A DNA stretch of 64,000 bases from Hamiltosporidium tvaerminnensis FI-OER-3-3 (Eukaryota; Fungi; Microsporidia), in contig CM061256.1 in the NCBI GenBank assembly GCA_022605425.2, positions 496,001 to 560,000 of the forward strand. Direction: 5' to 3'. The translations under genes and the position numbers were made by a program. The notes below the pieces were generated by a model. It did no database searches. It was given only the letters and a program-made list of their open reading frames with translations, and had not been told where the DNA came from. This document shows, piece by piece, positions 1 to 12,290 of the stretch. The first letter of the stretch is position 1; every line of letters starts with the position of its first letter.

Positions 1-262
1 AAAGCTCGGGTAAAGGCGACATTACAAACATTTATATTTATATGCTATATTTTTATGCAATTATAAGTAATGGCATTTTTCTACGGTTTACAAGCAATAT
101 AGACGAATAAAATCGATAATATTATTTGATCTTGTTTTTCTCAACCAAATGGATTCGTAGACAAACAAACTAGAACTTTAAATTAATTTCAATAAAATTG
201 AAATTAAAATTTGTTAATCATAGTTTATAATTTCAGAGAAATAGAAGTCCGGTCCAGTTTAA

Positions 263-3200
263 ATTTTTTATTCAATAAAATTCTGGGTTAAAATATTTTT
301 ACCATTTTTTTATGTTTTCTTCTACCTCCTTAACCACTTCTGTCTCTTCTTCCAAATCCGACTCTTTATTTATGTTATTGGTCATTTCCTCTAAAGTGGT
401 TCCTCCTTGTGAAATAAGGGGTGCTTTATTTTTCGGTTTAAAATTTTTTGCACCATCTTCCTCTTTCTTCTCTTCTTTTAAAGGGGGTGTTGGTTCCTTG
501 TGCATCTCTGCTCTCATAATAACACCCATTGACGCTCTCTCCCAGCTCTCTTCGGCATTTAGTCCTGACTCAAGTCCTCTTAGTCGATCAAAGGAAATTG
601 TTTCGACTGTCTTCTTAAGTACTAAAGACTGAATGTATGCCTCTACATTCATGGGTATTTCTAGTCTTTTAAGATGAGATTTATGGTATTTTGTCACAAT
701 ACCGTCCCAGATCATTACGTAAGGGATTATCTCAACACTACACTTATAAATAAGACTCAACTCATTGGTTAGCAGGTCATACTTCCTAAGTTTTTCAGTT
801 TCAACTATTTGAAGTGAATCTTGGGAAGTGATTCCTACTTCAATGTGTGTTATTTTATTCTTCTTCTTATCTAAAATAAATATGTCGGATCTGTTATTCC
901 GAATTTTAACATCAGTTTTTATTCTGGTGTCCACTCTTATCTCTGCATACTCATTATCAAGAATCTCTTGAACTGAGTGACTCCTAATTCGTTTTGAAGA
1001 CTTAAACTTATATATATTTAAGAGAAGTAAGTGTAGGCATCTAACCACTTCATTATGCCGTCTTGTGTAGTCATGGCCTAGCATTTTTTCACATCGAGTT
1101 GCTAGATGATCTACAGTCTTACCAGACTTCCCGCAGTGTTGACACATACCATCTGCTCCCCAGAGTATTTTTCTATCCTGGATATAGCAGAACACTGCTT
1201 CATTTCGTGGCCTAATATTCCATCTCTTAACCATCTTGAAGAGTCAATAACACTCACAAGCTCATTTTTCCTTGCATTATATAACTTTGAATGGAGTTTT
1301 CGTTTTTTTATTTCGTTATATAGTTTTGCAAGTTGAGCTTCTTCTAAACTTTTCTTAGTGACTTCTTCTACCAACCTGTACTTTACTTTTAAGAAGCCTT
1401 TTATTAGTGCAAGATGTATTTTCTTATTATTCTGAACCTTGAGGATTGCTGCTCGTCAGTTGATATTTCTTTTCTTTTTTTAGACAATCAAAGAGTTGGA
1501 AAAGCATATGTTAGCCTGCAACTCAACAATAATAAGATCTCTTCCGAATTCTATTCTACGGAGGTACAAACGCTCTTGGCACCCTAAATGAAGATTCGTA
1601 GTATTCTTTACCAACACTGCACGCATTGCATCATATAACTTAGAGCGCTTCCGCTTCGTCTATGTAAACTTATAAGGTAGTTTAGCAAAGAGATTACCTA
1701 ATGGTTGATGGTTTGCAATAAAATTTTGCCTATAATCGTGTGCAAAAATGTCTCTTAGTCCTGATATCACTTTGCTAAGAACTTCTTAGGACGAATTACT
1801 TGTTCGAATTCCTCTAATATCTTCTATTGTACCAATGTATTTTAAAACACCTTTTCCTTAAGAAAAGTGACAGTATCTTCGCAACAGGTCGTTTATTGCA
1901 GACTTCTCTTTGTTTATCTTAAGCCAATCACTTTTAAAAATTCTTTTGCCTCATCTGTAATTGCACTCAATATTGAGATGTCTTTTGCAAGGAGGTTAAG
2001 ATCATCAATAAACAAGGGATGATTAGTAGAGTAGGTTTCTGTATCTGTTTGTGTGTCACTTTTGTGTATTTCTCATTAGCTTTCGCCTTTATTGATCCAT
2101 ACACAACAGAAAAAACAGTGGAGAGCGACTATATCTTTGCGAAATTCTTCTGTCAATGTTCTTGTTCAGGAATTTTTAGCATTATTGACATATAAATTTT
2201 CTATTTCGCATAAAATTACCTTTATAAATTTCAGTATTAAATCCGGTAAATTATGGTTTTCTATTTAATGAGTCAAATAGACATGGCCTATTAAACTATA
2301 AGCTTTTTGTTCATAAATCTACATTGCTTTACGATTGTTTCGATACTCTTTATTCAAGGAAATGTTCAATAAGTATTTCTCTTTCGCTTTTGCTCTCTCT
2401 TCAATGCTCTTAACTGATTATCCGATATAAACTCTCTTCTTTCCACCTCAATAGGTACAACTTTCGTAACAAATCTCTTTCTCAGATGGTACATGTTCGA
2501 CATACAGGTCATAAGCCTATAGTCGAAACCTTTCAGTGGTGTACTTTTAGGTATGCGACAAGTTAGCCTACCTTAAAACCAGTCAGCATGAGATTTCCTT
2601 CTAATAAATGACTTTTACAATATCATAAAGATATTTGTCAAGAGTTGTAAGTTTCTCGATGAAAAACTCTCAAATATTATTATTTTAGGCAGATTTATAA
2701 TCGAGAAGCTGATTAATGATGTCTATAAATTCACAAAGCGAAGAAAACGAAGTATAATAAGTATCTGACGCGAAAGGTATAAAATTCTCATCATATGTGA
2801 CTTTATCTTCATTTTTGTTCCACATTGTTGACCAAAAACTTACAATTTTTTCACCATTTACCCCATTTTTAGATTGCAAACGCTCAGATAAGCCTCAATA
2901 ACTTGTTCTCGAGACAGCCCAAACATACGACGCTCTCTTAAGAATTGCTTCTTAATTTTTATCGTTAGTTTTTTTTTCGTAGACGTATAATAGCTTTTTT
3001 TTAAAATTAAGCCTCAGAATGATCATTTCTTTTCCAAGTCTAAATAAAACTCTCCCATGATTTTTCTGAGACTTTTTGTTTGAAAAGAGATGATTCTTTT
3101 AGTCTACGTGTTTTTTTGAGTATATTTATGAGGGTTTTAACAATTAGATTTTACTCCAATATTTTCTTTCCACATTGATCATGGTCTTTCTTTGCGTGTT

Positions 3201-4020
3201 TCCTCGTTAGCATATCTGCGCTGCATGGATTAACTGTGCCACACCAGTTATCGTCCCGGTACATGATATTCAGTCAATGTACCAATAAATCAAATAATTA
3301 GGTTTAAAACTTTACGTTAAACAAATTCACCTGGAGGCTTTCGAGTTTAGACCACTATATCTCCGATTTCCTTCTCTAAGAAAAACTTAATTTTGGACAA
3401 ATACTTCTCATTTATGTTAATATGAAGTTAGTGTCAATCAGAGAACATGACTCTGTGAAATAAGTGGCGATTCTACGTCGCTCTTCCTTCTTTTCTTGCC
3501 TAATTTCTTTTTGTGCCTCATTTTGTGTTAATCTTTTGAACACATCGATATCTTATAGGGAGCCAAATTTCTGATTGTAGTACCTCAGAATTGCAGACCG
3601 GCCTTTTAAGGGCATTCTCTCAAATCTCTTTTGTGCTTCTAGAAGAGCAGATCGGGGCTATGACTGAATCTAGTATTGGATGTGATACCATTTGCTGGCT
3701 TTCTTTTGAATTGGCAGTTGTATTGAGATTTTTCATTCATTTGGCTGGTCTACACGCCATGCCATTGGTACGGGAAGACGAGGGTATAGATTCAACTAAA
3801 CAAACTGGACTAGTCTGGCAACTATTGCTTGGTGGTTGGTGAGGGATGTTATGGTGGTAGGTTGTGATGAACGTTTCTTGGATATCGTTATACCCCTACT
3901 TTACACAATTTTATCCTTTTTGCATTATTATTTTGGCTGTCTACAAATTTTATTTTCTCATTTTTTATATTTTCGCTGTCAACTTTTCTCTTTCTACATA
4001 TTATTACGATGGTATCAATA
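263..4020 (-). mobile_element. Decayed RLE-type non-LTR retrotransposon (paralog of 20133-23935), frameshifted
   Basis: ORFs 299-1234, 1111-1374 and 2685-2879 match parts of the intact 1253-aa ORF (CQHCGKSGKTVDHLATRC, RRHNEVV, FWSTMWNKN). Nucleotide collinearity runs to about 3500-4000 with many indels. The shared 3' end reads CCCAGAATTTTATT(G/A)AATAAA on the minus strand. The 5' boundary is approximate. Confidence 0.93.
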
Positions 4021-4699
4021 GAAATTTTTTTAAAAATATATGAATAATTGGGAGATGTAAACAATTCAAGAGGTAAACAAGACTGGCTGAAAAAAGCGAT
4101 TTTTTTTAGCATGAAGAGTTTTATAACAATATAATGTATAAGAAATAACAAGAGACGTATCGACCTTGTAAAAAAAAAACAAATGCTGATTGTATTCGCT
4201 AATATGTTTTTTTTTTCTACTTTTGCAATAAATTAGTTGGTTTATACGAGTATATTTGGGGCTAAGGGTTTATTTTATGTATAATAATTTCTAAAAGAAC
4301 ATGCAAAGCCTTTAGAACGATTTTAGTTGTAGCAACAAAATAATTTTACATAAAATAAATTGTAATTCTGATTCAGTACGTATTGTGTTAAAGAATCAAC
4401 TAACGTGAAAAAACCAAGGTTTACTAAAAATTTAGTCTGTCGCCTAGATTATTTTTTTGGTAATACATACTCTCAAAAATTGGTGTATTTTTAAGGAAAA
4501 TCGGGTTTTAAAAATAAAAAAAAACTTAAAAAATAAAGTAAAATTTCCCAAGCAAATTTTTATTTTCGTTGGACAATTCAAACTTCAAATATTCTCAAAA
4601 CAGTTTTCAAATTCTTATCGCAATAAAAAAAAGACTTTGCAATATATTTATCTGGATATTTAATATAATTCAATCAAACTTTTATAGAGTAATTAAATA

Positions 4700-6546
4700 T
4701 GACACAAAGAGCTTCTAAAATTTATTTTAATTCAGTTAAAGTAAATTTCATCAAGTTATTTTCTTTCCATGTATATATACTAACCATATTTTCGATATTA
4801 ACACGTTCAATTCTAATATAACTATCTTCGTCTCGAAAAATATTTTATGAAAGCAACTCCATTTCGAAGATATTCATATAAAATTCAATAAGATTTTCAA
4901 AAATAGATCTCAAATTTAGAAGGATTGAGCATTTAAATAAGAAGAATATAATGAATTCTAGTAAACAAATAAATTATAACAAACAGAGAATTGAAGTTTC
5001 TCAAATTAGCTAATTTTTGAATTTCCAGTTGAAAAATCAACGAAGATATCATTTTAGGGTTCATTCTAAACATAGCATCTGCTAATACGTTGCTAAAATT
5101 TACATATAAGCCACATGATATGTGATCATCTTCGTTTCCGAGCTTAGCATTTTTAACTAGGAAATCAAGCATGGAAATATATGGCATAGAAATTTTTGTA
5201 TATCTGAAAATCCTTGTAACTATTTCGTGGAAACCTAATATAAAGGTTTAAGACCAAGAAAAGCATCTTTATCCACGTAATAAACATCGAAATCTTTGTA
5301 TATATCCACCGCCTCTATACCTTTATCTTTTATATTATTAATTACCTCATTTGGTTGGAGATTGCACAAAGATTCGATGGCTCTAAGAAGTAGAATCCAT
5401 AAACATGAGTCCTCAACTAAATTTATATCTTTAAAAATAATATTTCTTATAAAATATTTTATATGAACTATACTGGGAAAATATGATAGTAAAGGAGAAT
5501 TTTGTTTGCAGAAATCATATTTCATTACAGATTCGATTATTTTTCTTGCCAAATATTCCATAATTAGGTTTTCTCTAATTTGTGACCAAAACTTCTTTTC
5601 TATAGCAGATATTCGATCGATTAGATTATAAAATGGAAGATAATCTGTGTTTAAAAAATATCTTTCAATGGAAAAATCACCTTCGATAAGAAGTTCTATA
5701 TCAGATAACTCTATAACCTCGGTAGCTGGTTTTTCGAAAATCGCATAATTTTTACCGCGTGTATCTATTATTTCACTAGAATATTTCATATATAGGTACT
5801 GTGATTCTTTAACAGGACACGAGTCAGATGTGTTTACTAATTATTTGTTTTTTCCAGATCCTTCTGCTGAAATAGATGCCTCTGTGAGATTTTTTTCCCT
5901 GGGTGCATTTTCTAAAAGTGTACGGAAACCCTTAGTTTCGGGATATGCTTTATCAAATGGCAGAACATTCGTATCCAAATCATATTTCATAGATCGATTG
6001 GATTCTTCATGGCTGATATTCATAAAACTGTCAAATCGTCTATCTAGCTCTTCACGCAAATCATGATCGAATTTTCCTCTTCTCGATCGCGAAAGTTTTT
6101 ATTAATATAGAACGAATTAGGATTTTTGTGCCTGCCTTCGTTCTTGTTATAAGAAAAATCTTAAAATCTTTGCCTATTTATTATATTTTGTTGATACCCG
6201 CGAACCCTACCACCCCGAATATATTCTCTATATGTATAACAATGGTTTTTATTGGGTAAATAGCTTGCCAATTGTTTACTTCGGTTTTCTGTTCTACTTT
6301 TGTCGCCATCATCTCGATTAAAATCCTTATTTTGTTGATATGAAGGAATATTGAATTCTCGGTGTGTTGTAAAAGCTCTATTTTCATCCAAGTATTCTTT
6401 ACGATTGTATAAAAATTTAGATTTACACCTATTTTCTATACAACATTATGTTCGCTCTGACTGTAATTCCTCTTTTCTGCCATATTATTTGCGAAGAAAA
6501 TACAAATTTTAATAAAAAAAATAAAACAAAATATTCGTTTTTTCAT
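4700..6546 (-). pseudogene. Fragmented lineage-specific gene, probably secreted
   Basis: Consecutive same-strand ORF fragments (6161-6391, 5841-6059, 5235-5789, 4933-5187). ATG at 6546 gives a signal-peptide-like MKKRIFCFIFFIKICIFFA followed by a stop and frameshifts. No domain recognised. Confidence 0.5.
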
Positions 6547-6951
6547 GAAGATGCAATTTATTTTAAATTTATAGACTAAATCACAATTTAAAAAATTTTA
6601 ATTAAAAAAATTAGTTATTTCCAAATCCGGGTCATTGATTTACCTCCCAAAAAACTCATCTGTCTCATTTTATGATTTTTTTTTCATCATAAAAAACATT
6701 TTTTATATTCTGTTTACTTTCTTCTGAAATACAAATTTATTTACAAAAATTTTTTTTTAAACTAATCTTTAAAAATAATTTGTTAGAATTTTCATGAAGC
6801 AGCTCATTTGATATGTATTTGATGAAAAAACATTTGTTTTTTCTTTCAATTACGCAATTATTTTCTCTTTATAGTTTTTTGTCTTTTTTTCAGAATATAA
6901 ACTTATAAATTCATTTTTAATAAAATATTAATTTATTTATCTAAAATTCCA

Positions 6952-7090
6952 TTATATAACCGAGTAATTTAATTAAAGACGAAGAAAGTTGATCTCAGAA
7001 AATAAATTTATTTATCTACAATTCTCTTATATAACCGAGTAAGTTCTTTGAAGACGAAGAAAGTTGATCTCAGAATATAAATTTATTTAA
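6952..7090. repeat. Tandem duplication, 75-bp period, 2 copies
   Basis: TATAACCGAGTAA...AAGACGAAGAAAGTTGATCTCAGAA occurs twice; CCGAG at 6960 and 7035. Confidence 0.85.
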
Positions 7091-7580
7091 TAAAACATAA
7101 ACCACCAATAATATTGTTCTGATTACAAATTATTTCACATAAGATATGTTCATAAATCTGTCTTATCTTATAATAAGAATGCAAAATTGTTGTATGTAAT
7201 ATCTTGAAACGTTCAATTGACTCATAAAATATTTCACAAACCTTTTTTAAAAAACATTTTTATATTTATTACATCATTAAAATAGACAATAAATATTTTT
7301 TTTTCGCTTTTTTAATGTAATACTTTTAAAAAGATTCAAAGTAAAAAATTCTGTTAAAATTTTATTTTTTAAATACAATTTATTTACCAATCTATTAACA
7401 ATAATAGAATAAAATTAAAAAAAACACCAAATTATTTGTATTTTGAATATTTTTTATTAAACTTTATTTAAAATAAACGAGGATTTGATGACTTAAATTA
7501 AAATATTTCAAATGAAAAAAAAAACGGATTCTATAATTATTTGATTCATCATAAAATATAGGAAAGTTGTTTTTTTTTAT

Positions 7581-8566
7581 AATTAAAAATTAAAAAAAAA
7601 ATAAATTTAAACAAAAAAATAAAATAAAATTACAATCTTTTATAAATTTTAATGATCAAAAATTAAAAATTAAAAAAAAAATAAATTTAAACAAAAAAAT
7701 AAAATAAAATTACAATCGTTTATAAATTTTAATGATCAAAAATTAAAAATTAAAAAAAAAATAAATTTAAACAAAAAAATAAAATAAAATTACAATCTTT
7801 TATAAATTTTAATGATCAAAAATTAAAAATTAAAAAAAAAATAAATTTAAACAAAAAAATAAAATAAAATTACAATCTTTTATAAATTTTAATGATCAAA
7901 AATTAAAAATTAAAAAAAAAATAAATTTAAACAAAAAAATAAAATAAAATTACAATCTTTTATAAATTTTAATGATCAAAAATTAAAAATTAAAAAAAAA
8001 ATAAATTTAAACAAAAAAATAAAATAAAATTACAATCTTTTATAAATTTTAATGATCAAAAATTAAAAATTAAAAAAAAAATAAATTTAAACAAAAAAAT
8101 AAAATAAAATTACAATCTTTTATAAATTTTAATGATCAAAAATTAAAAATTAAAAAAAAAATAAATTTAAACAAAAAAATAAAATAAAATTACAATCTTT
8201 TATAAATTTTAATGATCAAAAATTAAAAATTAAAAAAAAAATAAATTTAAACAAAAAAATAAAATAAAATTACAATCGTTTATAAATTTTAATGATCAAA
8301 AATTAAAAATTAAAAAAAAAATAAATTTAAACAAAAAAATAAAATAAAATTACAATCTTTTATAAATTTTAATGATCAAAAATTAAAAATTAAAAAAAAA
8401 ATAAATTTAAACAAAAAAATAAAATAAAATTACAATCTTTTATAAATTTTAATGATCAAAAATTAAAAATTAAAAAAAAAATAAATTTAAACAAAAAAAT
8501 AAAATAAAATTACAATCTTTTATAAATTTTAATGATCAAAAATTAAAAATTAAAAAAAAAATAAAA
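7581..8566. repeat. 80-bp AT-rich minisatellite, about 12.3 near-identical copies
   Basis: Unit AATTAAAAATTAAAAAAAAAATAAATTTAAACAAAAAAATAAAATAAAATTACAATCTTTTATAAATTTTAATGATCAAA; one T>G variant in units 2 and 9. Confidence 0.97.
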
Positions 8567-9330
8567 TAGCGAAATTTTTGTAAAGCAAAAGAAAACTTTA
8601 AATTTCCTCATGAAAGTCTTCTGTACCACATAAAAATGCAGATTTAATACAAAAAAATACAAGCAAACAGACCGGTATAAAGTTTTAAAACCTTGATAAA
8701 AATATTAAGAACCTATACCTAGGCTAATAGTATCGTATTTGTTAGTACCACATAAGTATTTATTTTAATTCTAATTTACGGTCTTCCCATATGCTTTCTA
8801 TCTTGTTTCTCTATACAACGATCTCCATTCCTTTTTGTTCTCGGGCCACACAAACTTCTAAAAAAAGTACCGGGTCAAGAATTCTATACTTTTTATGCCA
8901 ATATACTGAAAAATATTTCTACAATTTCAAACTGGAATATTTTTAAATCAAATTTTTAAACTTTCATATAAATTTTTATAGAAATAAACGTATATTAACC
9001 ATATTTCTATATAAAAATAGACAAATAAATAAAAAGAAATTTATTAGAAATTTCCTGCTACGCAATTCAATTAAATTCATAAATGAGTCGAAGTTTTATT
9101 TTTGCTTTCAGCTCTACCTATTTGTAAGAAGAAACATTCTCTAAAATGAAATATAAAAAAAAAATTACAGATAATACTTAAAGTCGTTACTGGTACTTTC
9201 TACCAGTAAATTTACTTCATAATTTCAACAAATTATTCCTTAAGAATCTTAACTACATCAATCTCATTAATAATAAATTTTTGATATTTTTTATTGTTTC
9301 ATTTTGACTTTTAAGTATAAAATAATAAAA

Positions 9331-9477
9331 ATAATTGCTTGTTTTTAGAAAATGAAAAATCTATGAATTTTCTCGGTATTGAAAATCCATACTTAAATTT
9401 CTATAATTGCTTGTTTTTAGAAAATGAAAAATCTATGAATTTTCTCGGTATTGAAAATCCATACTTAAATTTCTATA
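9331..9477. repeat. Tandem duplication, 72-bp period, 2 copies
   Basis: ATAATTGCTTGTTTTTAGAAAATG... starts at 9331 and 9403. Confidence 0.9.
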
Positions 9478-9550
9478 ACGTAATTCTATTTGTATGATTT
9501 ATTTATACTTTTATTTTATTTATAAATAAATCTATTTAATAAAAAAAAAA

Positions 9551-9601
9551 TCGCGGCGGGCCTAAAAAATATGGATGCGGCTCGTGTTTTGGAGACCCCT
9601 G
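9551..9601 (-). mobile_element. Isolated hAT (Charlie/Buster-like) transposon terminus
   Basis: Minus strand reads CAGGGGTCTCCAAAACACGAGCCGC...AGGCCCGCCGCGA, resembling the CAGGGGT..CAAAC TIR and GGCCCGC subterminal motifs of hAT elements. It is a GC island in AT-rich DNA. No partner end found. Confidence 0.55.
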
Positions 9602-9644
9602 CTTTATCTTCTATATCTTGTTTTACTATTATTACCTGAAATAT

Positions 9645-10820
9645 TTAATACCCCTTTATCCCTATATATCACTATACTATCACACTAAGACCCCTTTACC
9701 TCTAGTATTGCATATTCCTTAGCACTAACACCTCTTTATCCCCTTCTACTACCTCCTTATACGTAACACCCCTTTACCTCTAGTATTACATCTTCCTTTT
9801 CCCTAACACCCCTTTACTACATTAACCATATTTTATCACACTAAAACCCCTTTAACCCTACTTACCCCACTCTCTTATAATTAACACCCATTTACTACAT
9901 TAACCATATTTCATGATACTAAAACCCCTTTATCCCTACTTACCCCACCCTCTTATAATTAACACCCCTTTACTACATTAACCATATTTCATCACACTAA
10001 AACCCCTTTATCCCTACTTACCCCACCCTCTTATAATTAACACCCCTTTACTACATTAACCATATTTCATCACACTAAAACCCTTTATCCCTACTTACCC
10101 CACCCTCTTATACTTAACACCCCTTTACTACATTAACCATATTTCATCACACTAACACCCTTTAACCCTACTTACCCCACTCTCTTATAATTAACACCCC
10201 ATTTACTACATTAACCATATTTGATCACACTAACACCCTTTATCCCTACTTACCCCACCCTCTTATAATTAACACCCCTTTACTACATTAACCATATTTC
10301 ATCACACTAAAACCCTTTATCCCTACTTACCCCACTCTCTTATAATTAACACCCCTTTACTACATTAACCATATTTGATCACACTAACACCCTTTATCCC
10401 TACTTACCCCACCCTCTTATAATTAACACCCCTTTACTACATTAACCATATTTCATCACACTAAAACCCTTTATCCCTACTTACCCCACTCTCTTATAAT
10501 TAACACCCCTTTACTACATTAACCATATTTCATCACACTAAAACCCTTTATCCCTACTTACCCCACTCTCTTATAATTAACACCCCTTTACTACATTAAC
10601 CATATTTGATCACACTAAAACCCTTTATCCCTACTTACCCCACTCTCTTATAATTAACACCCCTTTACTACATTAACCATATTTCATCACACTAACACCC
10701 TTTAACCCTACTTACCCCACTCTCTTATAATTAACACCCCATTTACTACAATAACCATATTTCATCACACTAAAACCCTTTATCCCTACTTACCCCACTC
10801 TCTTATAATTAACACCCCCC
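9645..10820. repeat. C-rich (TAACACCC) minisatellite, ~77-bp unit, about 13 copies plus degenerate left edge
   Basis: Unit TAACACCCCTTTACTACATTAACCATATTTCATCACACTAAAACCCTTTATCCCTACTTACCCCACTCTCTTATAAT (e.g. 10501-10577); ends about 85 bp before the DER1 ATG. Confidence 0.95.
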
Positions 10821-10891
10821 TGTTATTTACATACCCTTTTTTTTAATCTAAATTACTTCCTCTATTGATAACAACAATATGATTCTATCTA

Positions 10892-10903
10892 TTTAACCCC
10901 TCA
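10892..10903 (+). promoter_or_regulatory. Microsporidian CCC-like motif upstream of start codon
   Basis: TTTAACCCCTCA-ATG. Equivalent motifs precede STU2 (TTAACCCTAAAAATT-ATG), SRC1 (TTACACCCTTAA-ATG) and RLP24 (TACACCCCATATACTCA-ATG). CCC/GGG motifs near the ATG are an established microsporidian transcription signal. Confidence 0.6.
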
Positions 10904-11881
10904 ATGACTGAAACAAACATCGTTCTAGCTGCCTTTAACAAAACACCACCGATAACAAAAGCTATATCAATCATTCTTGTTACTCTTTCTCTTCTTATTT
11001 ACACAAAGATTATTTCACCTTTCCATGTAGTTTTAAATCCACGCTTATATACACATTTACACTTCTGGCAAGTAATAACACCTTTCTACTACTTTGGTAC
11101 AATAACCTTTGATTCTGTACTTCACATGATATTTCTATACAGATACTCTAGAATGTTAGAAGACTCATTTATACAAACATCAGATTATTTTTATCTTTTA
11201 CTTACAGTAAAAATACTTCTTCTTGTTTCTGCTTTACTTTTTAAAATACACACACTGGGTCCTGCCTTATCAGCTACTATTACATATATATGGACACGTC
11301 GTAATCCAACTACTCAGGTACAATTACTTGGTTGTGTTATTTTTCCTGCTTTTTATTTACCTTTTATTGTTCCTATTTTTACTTTTCTGACGGATAGAAA
11401 AATTAATATGGAGGATTTGCTTGGTATTTTTGTTGGTCATTTTTATTATTTTTTTAAGTTTGTTTTTCCTAAATTTGGGTTTAATGTTTTAAAAACGCCT
11501 TTTTTTATACAAAAGATATTTAATGAACAGCCTTTTGAGGAGATAAAAAAGGGGGATTTGGTGGGGGATAATAAGGAGGATGAAGAGGGTGTTAGTCATA
11601 AGGAGGAGGAAGAGGGTGTTAGTCATAAGGAGGATGAAGAGGGTGTTAATCATAAGGAGGATGAAGAGGGTGTTAGTGATATGGAGGAAGAAGAGGGGAG
11701 TGTTAATCATAAGGAGGAAGAGGAGGGTGTTAGTTATAAGGATCGTTTAAGTAATGAAGAGGGTGTTAGTAATGAAGAGGGTTTTAACAAGGAGGATACC
11801 TTCAGTAATGAAGAGGGTGTTAATAACAGTAATAGTAACAGTGGTGCTTCTACTGAGGATAACAGTACAGATAAAAGGTAA
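10904..11881 (+). CDS. DER1: Derlin (Der1-like ERAD membrane protein) with acidic repeat-derived C-terminal tail
   Basis: Derlin motifs PPITK, WQVITPFYYFG, FLYRYSRMLE, YIWTRRNP, AFYLPF and LLGIFVGHFYYF. Tail of (EEEGVSHK)n. Confidence 0.92.
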   Translation: MTETNIVLAAFNKTPPITKAISIILVTLSLLIYTKIISPFHVVLNPRLYTHLHFWQVITPFYYFGTITFDSVLHMIFLYRYSRMLEDSFIQTSDYFYLLLTVKILLLVSALLFKIHTLGPALSATITYIWTRRNPTTQVQLLGCVIFPAFYLPFIVPIFTFLTDRKINMEDLLGIFVGHFYYFFKFVFPKFGFNVLKTPFFIQKIFNEQPFEEIKKGDLVGDNKEDEEGVSHKEEEEGVSHKEDEEGVNHKEDEEGVSDMEEEEGSVNHKEEEEGVSYKDRLSNEEGVSNEEGFNKEDTFSNEEGVNNSNSNSGASTEDNSTDKR

Positions 11882-12245
11882 TAAAGTAATTATTATAATA
11901 AAGGGGTGTTAGTTACTTAATTATTTGAGCATATATTAAAGGGTGTTAATTATCATTTTACTAGTATGTATATTAAAGGGGTGTTAATTATCATAAATAT
12001 TTGATAGTATATTAAAGGGGTGTTAATTACCTAATTTTTATAGTATACTAAAGGGGTGTTATATATACAAACTTTAGTCTTGTATTTAAGGGGTTTTATT
12101 ATTATAGTATGTTATCTAATTACTTAAGGGTGTTATTTATTACATTGTTAAATCTTGTATTAAAGGGGTTTTATTATTATAGTATTTTATCTAATTACTT
12201 AAGGGTGTTATTTATTACATTGTTAAATCTTGTATTAAAGGGGTT
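11575..12245. repeat. G-rich (GGGTGTTA) repeat arm spanning the DER1 3' end and intergenic DNA
   Basis: About 30-bp in-frame units GAGGGTGTTAGTCATAAGGAG continue past the stop codon as AAGGGGTGTTAATT-containing units. Confidence 0.85.
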
Positions 12246-12290
12246 TTAATTATAAAGTAAAAAATGGTTAAAACAATATTTTATTAGAAT

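Noticed and set aside
7581-8566. CRISPR-like array
   Set aside because: Units are essentially identical with no unique spacers, no cas genes are present, and the context is eukaryotic.
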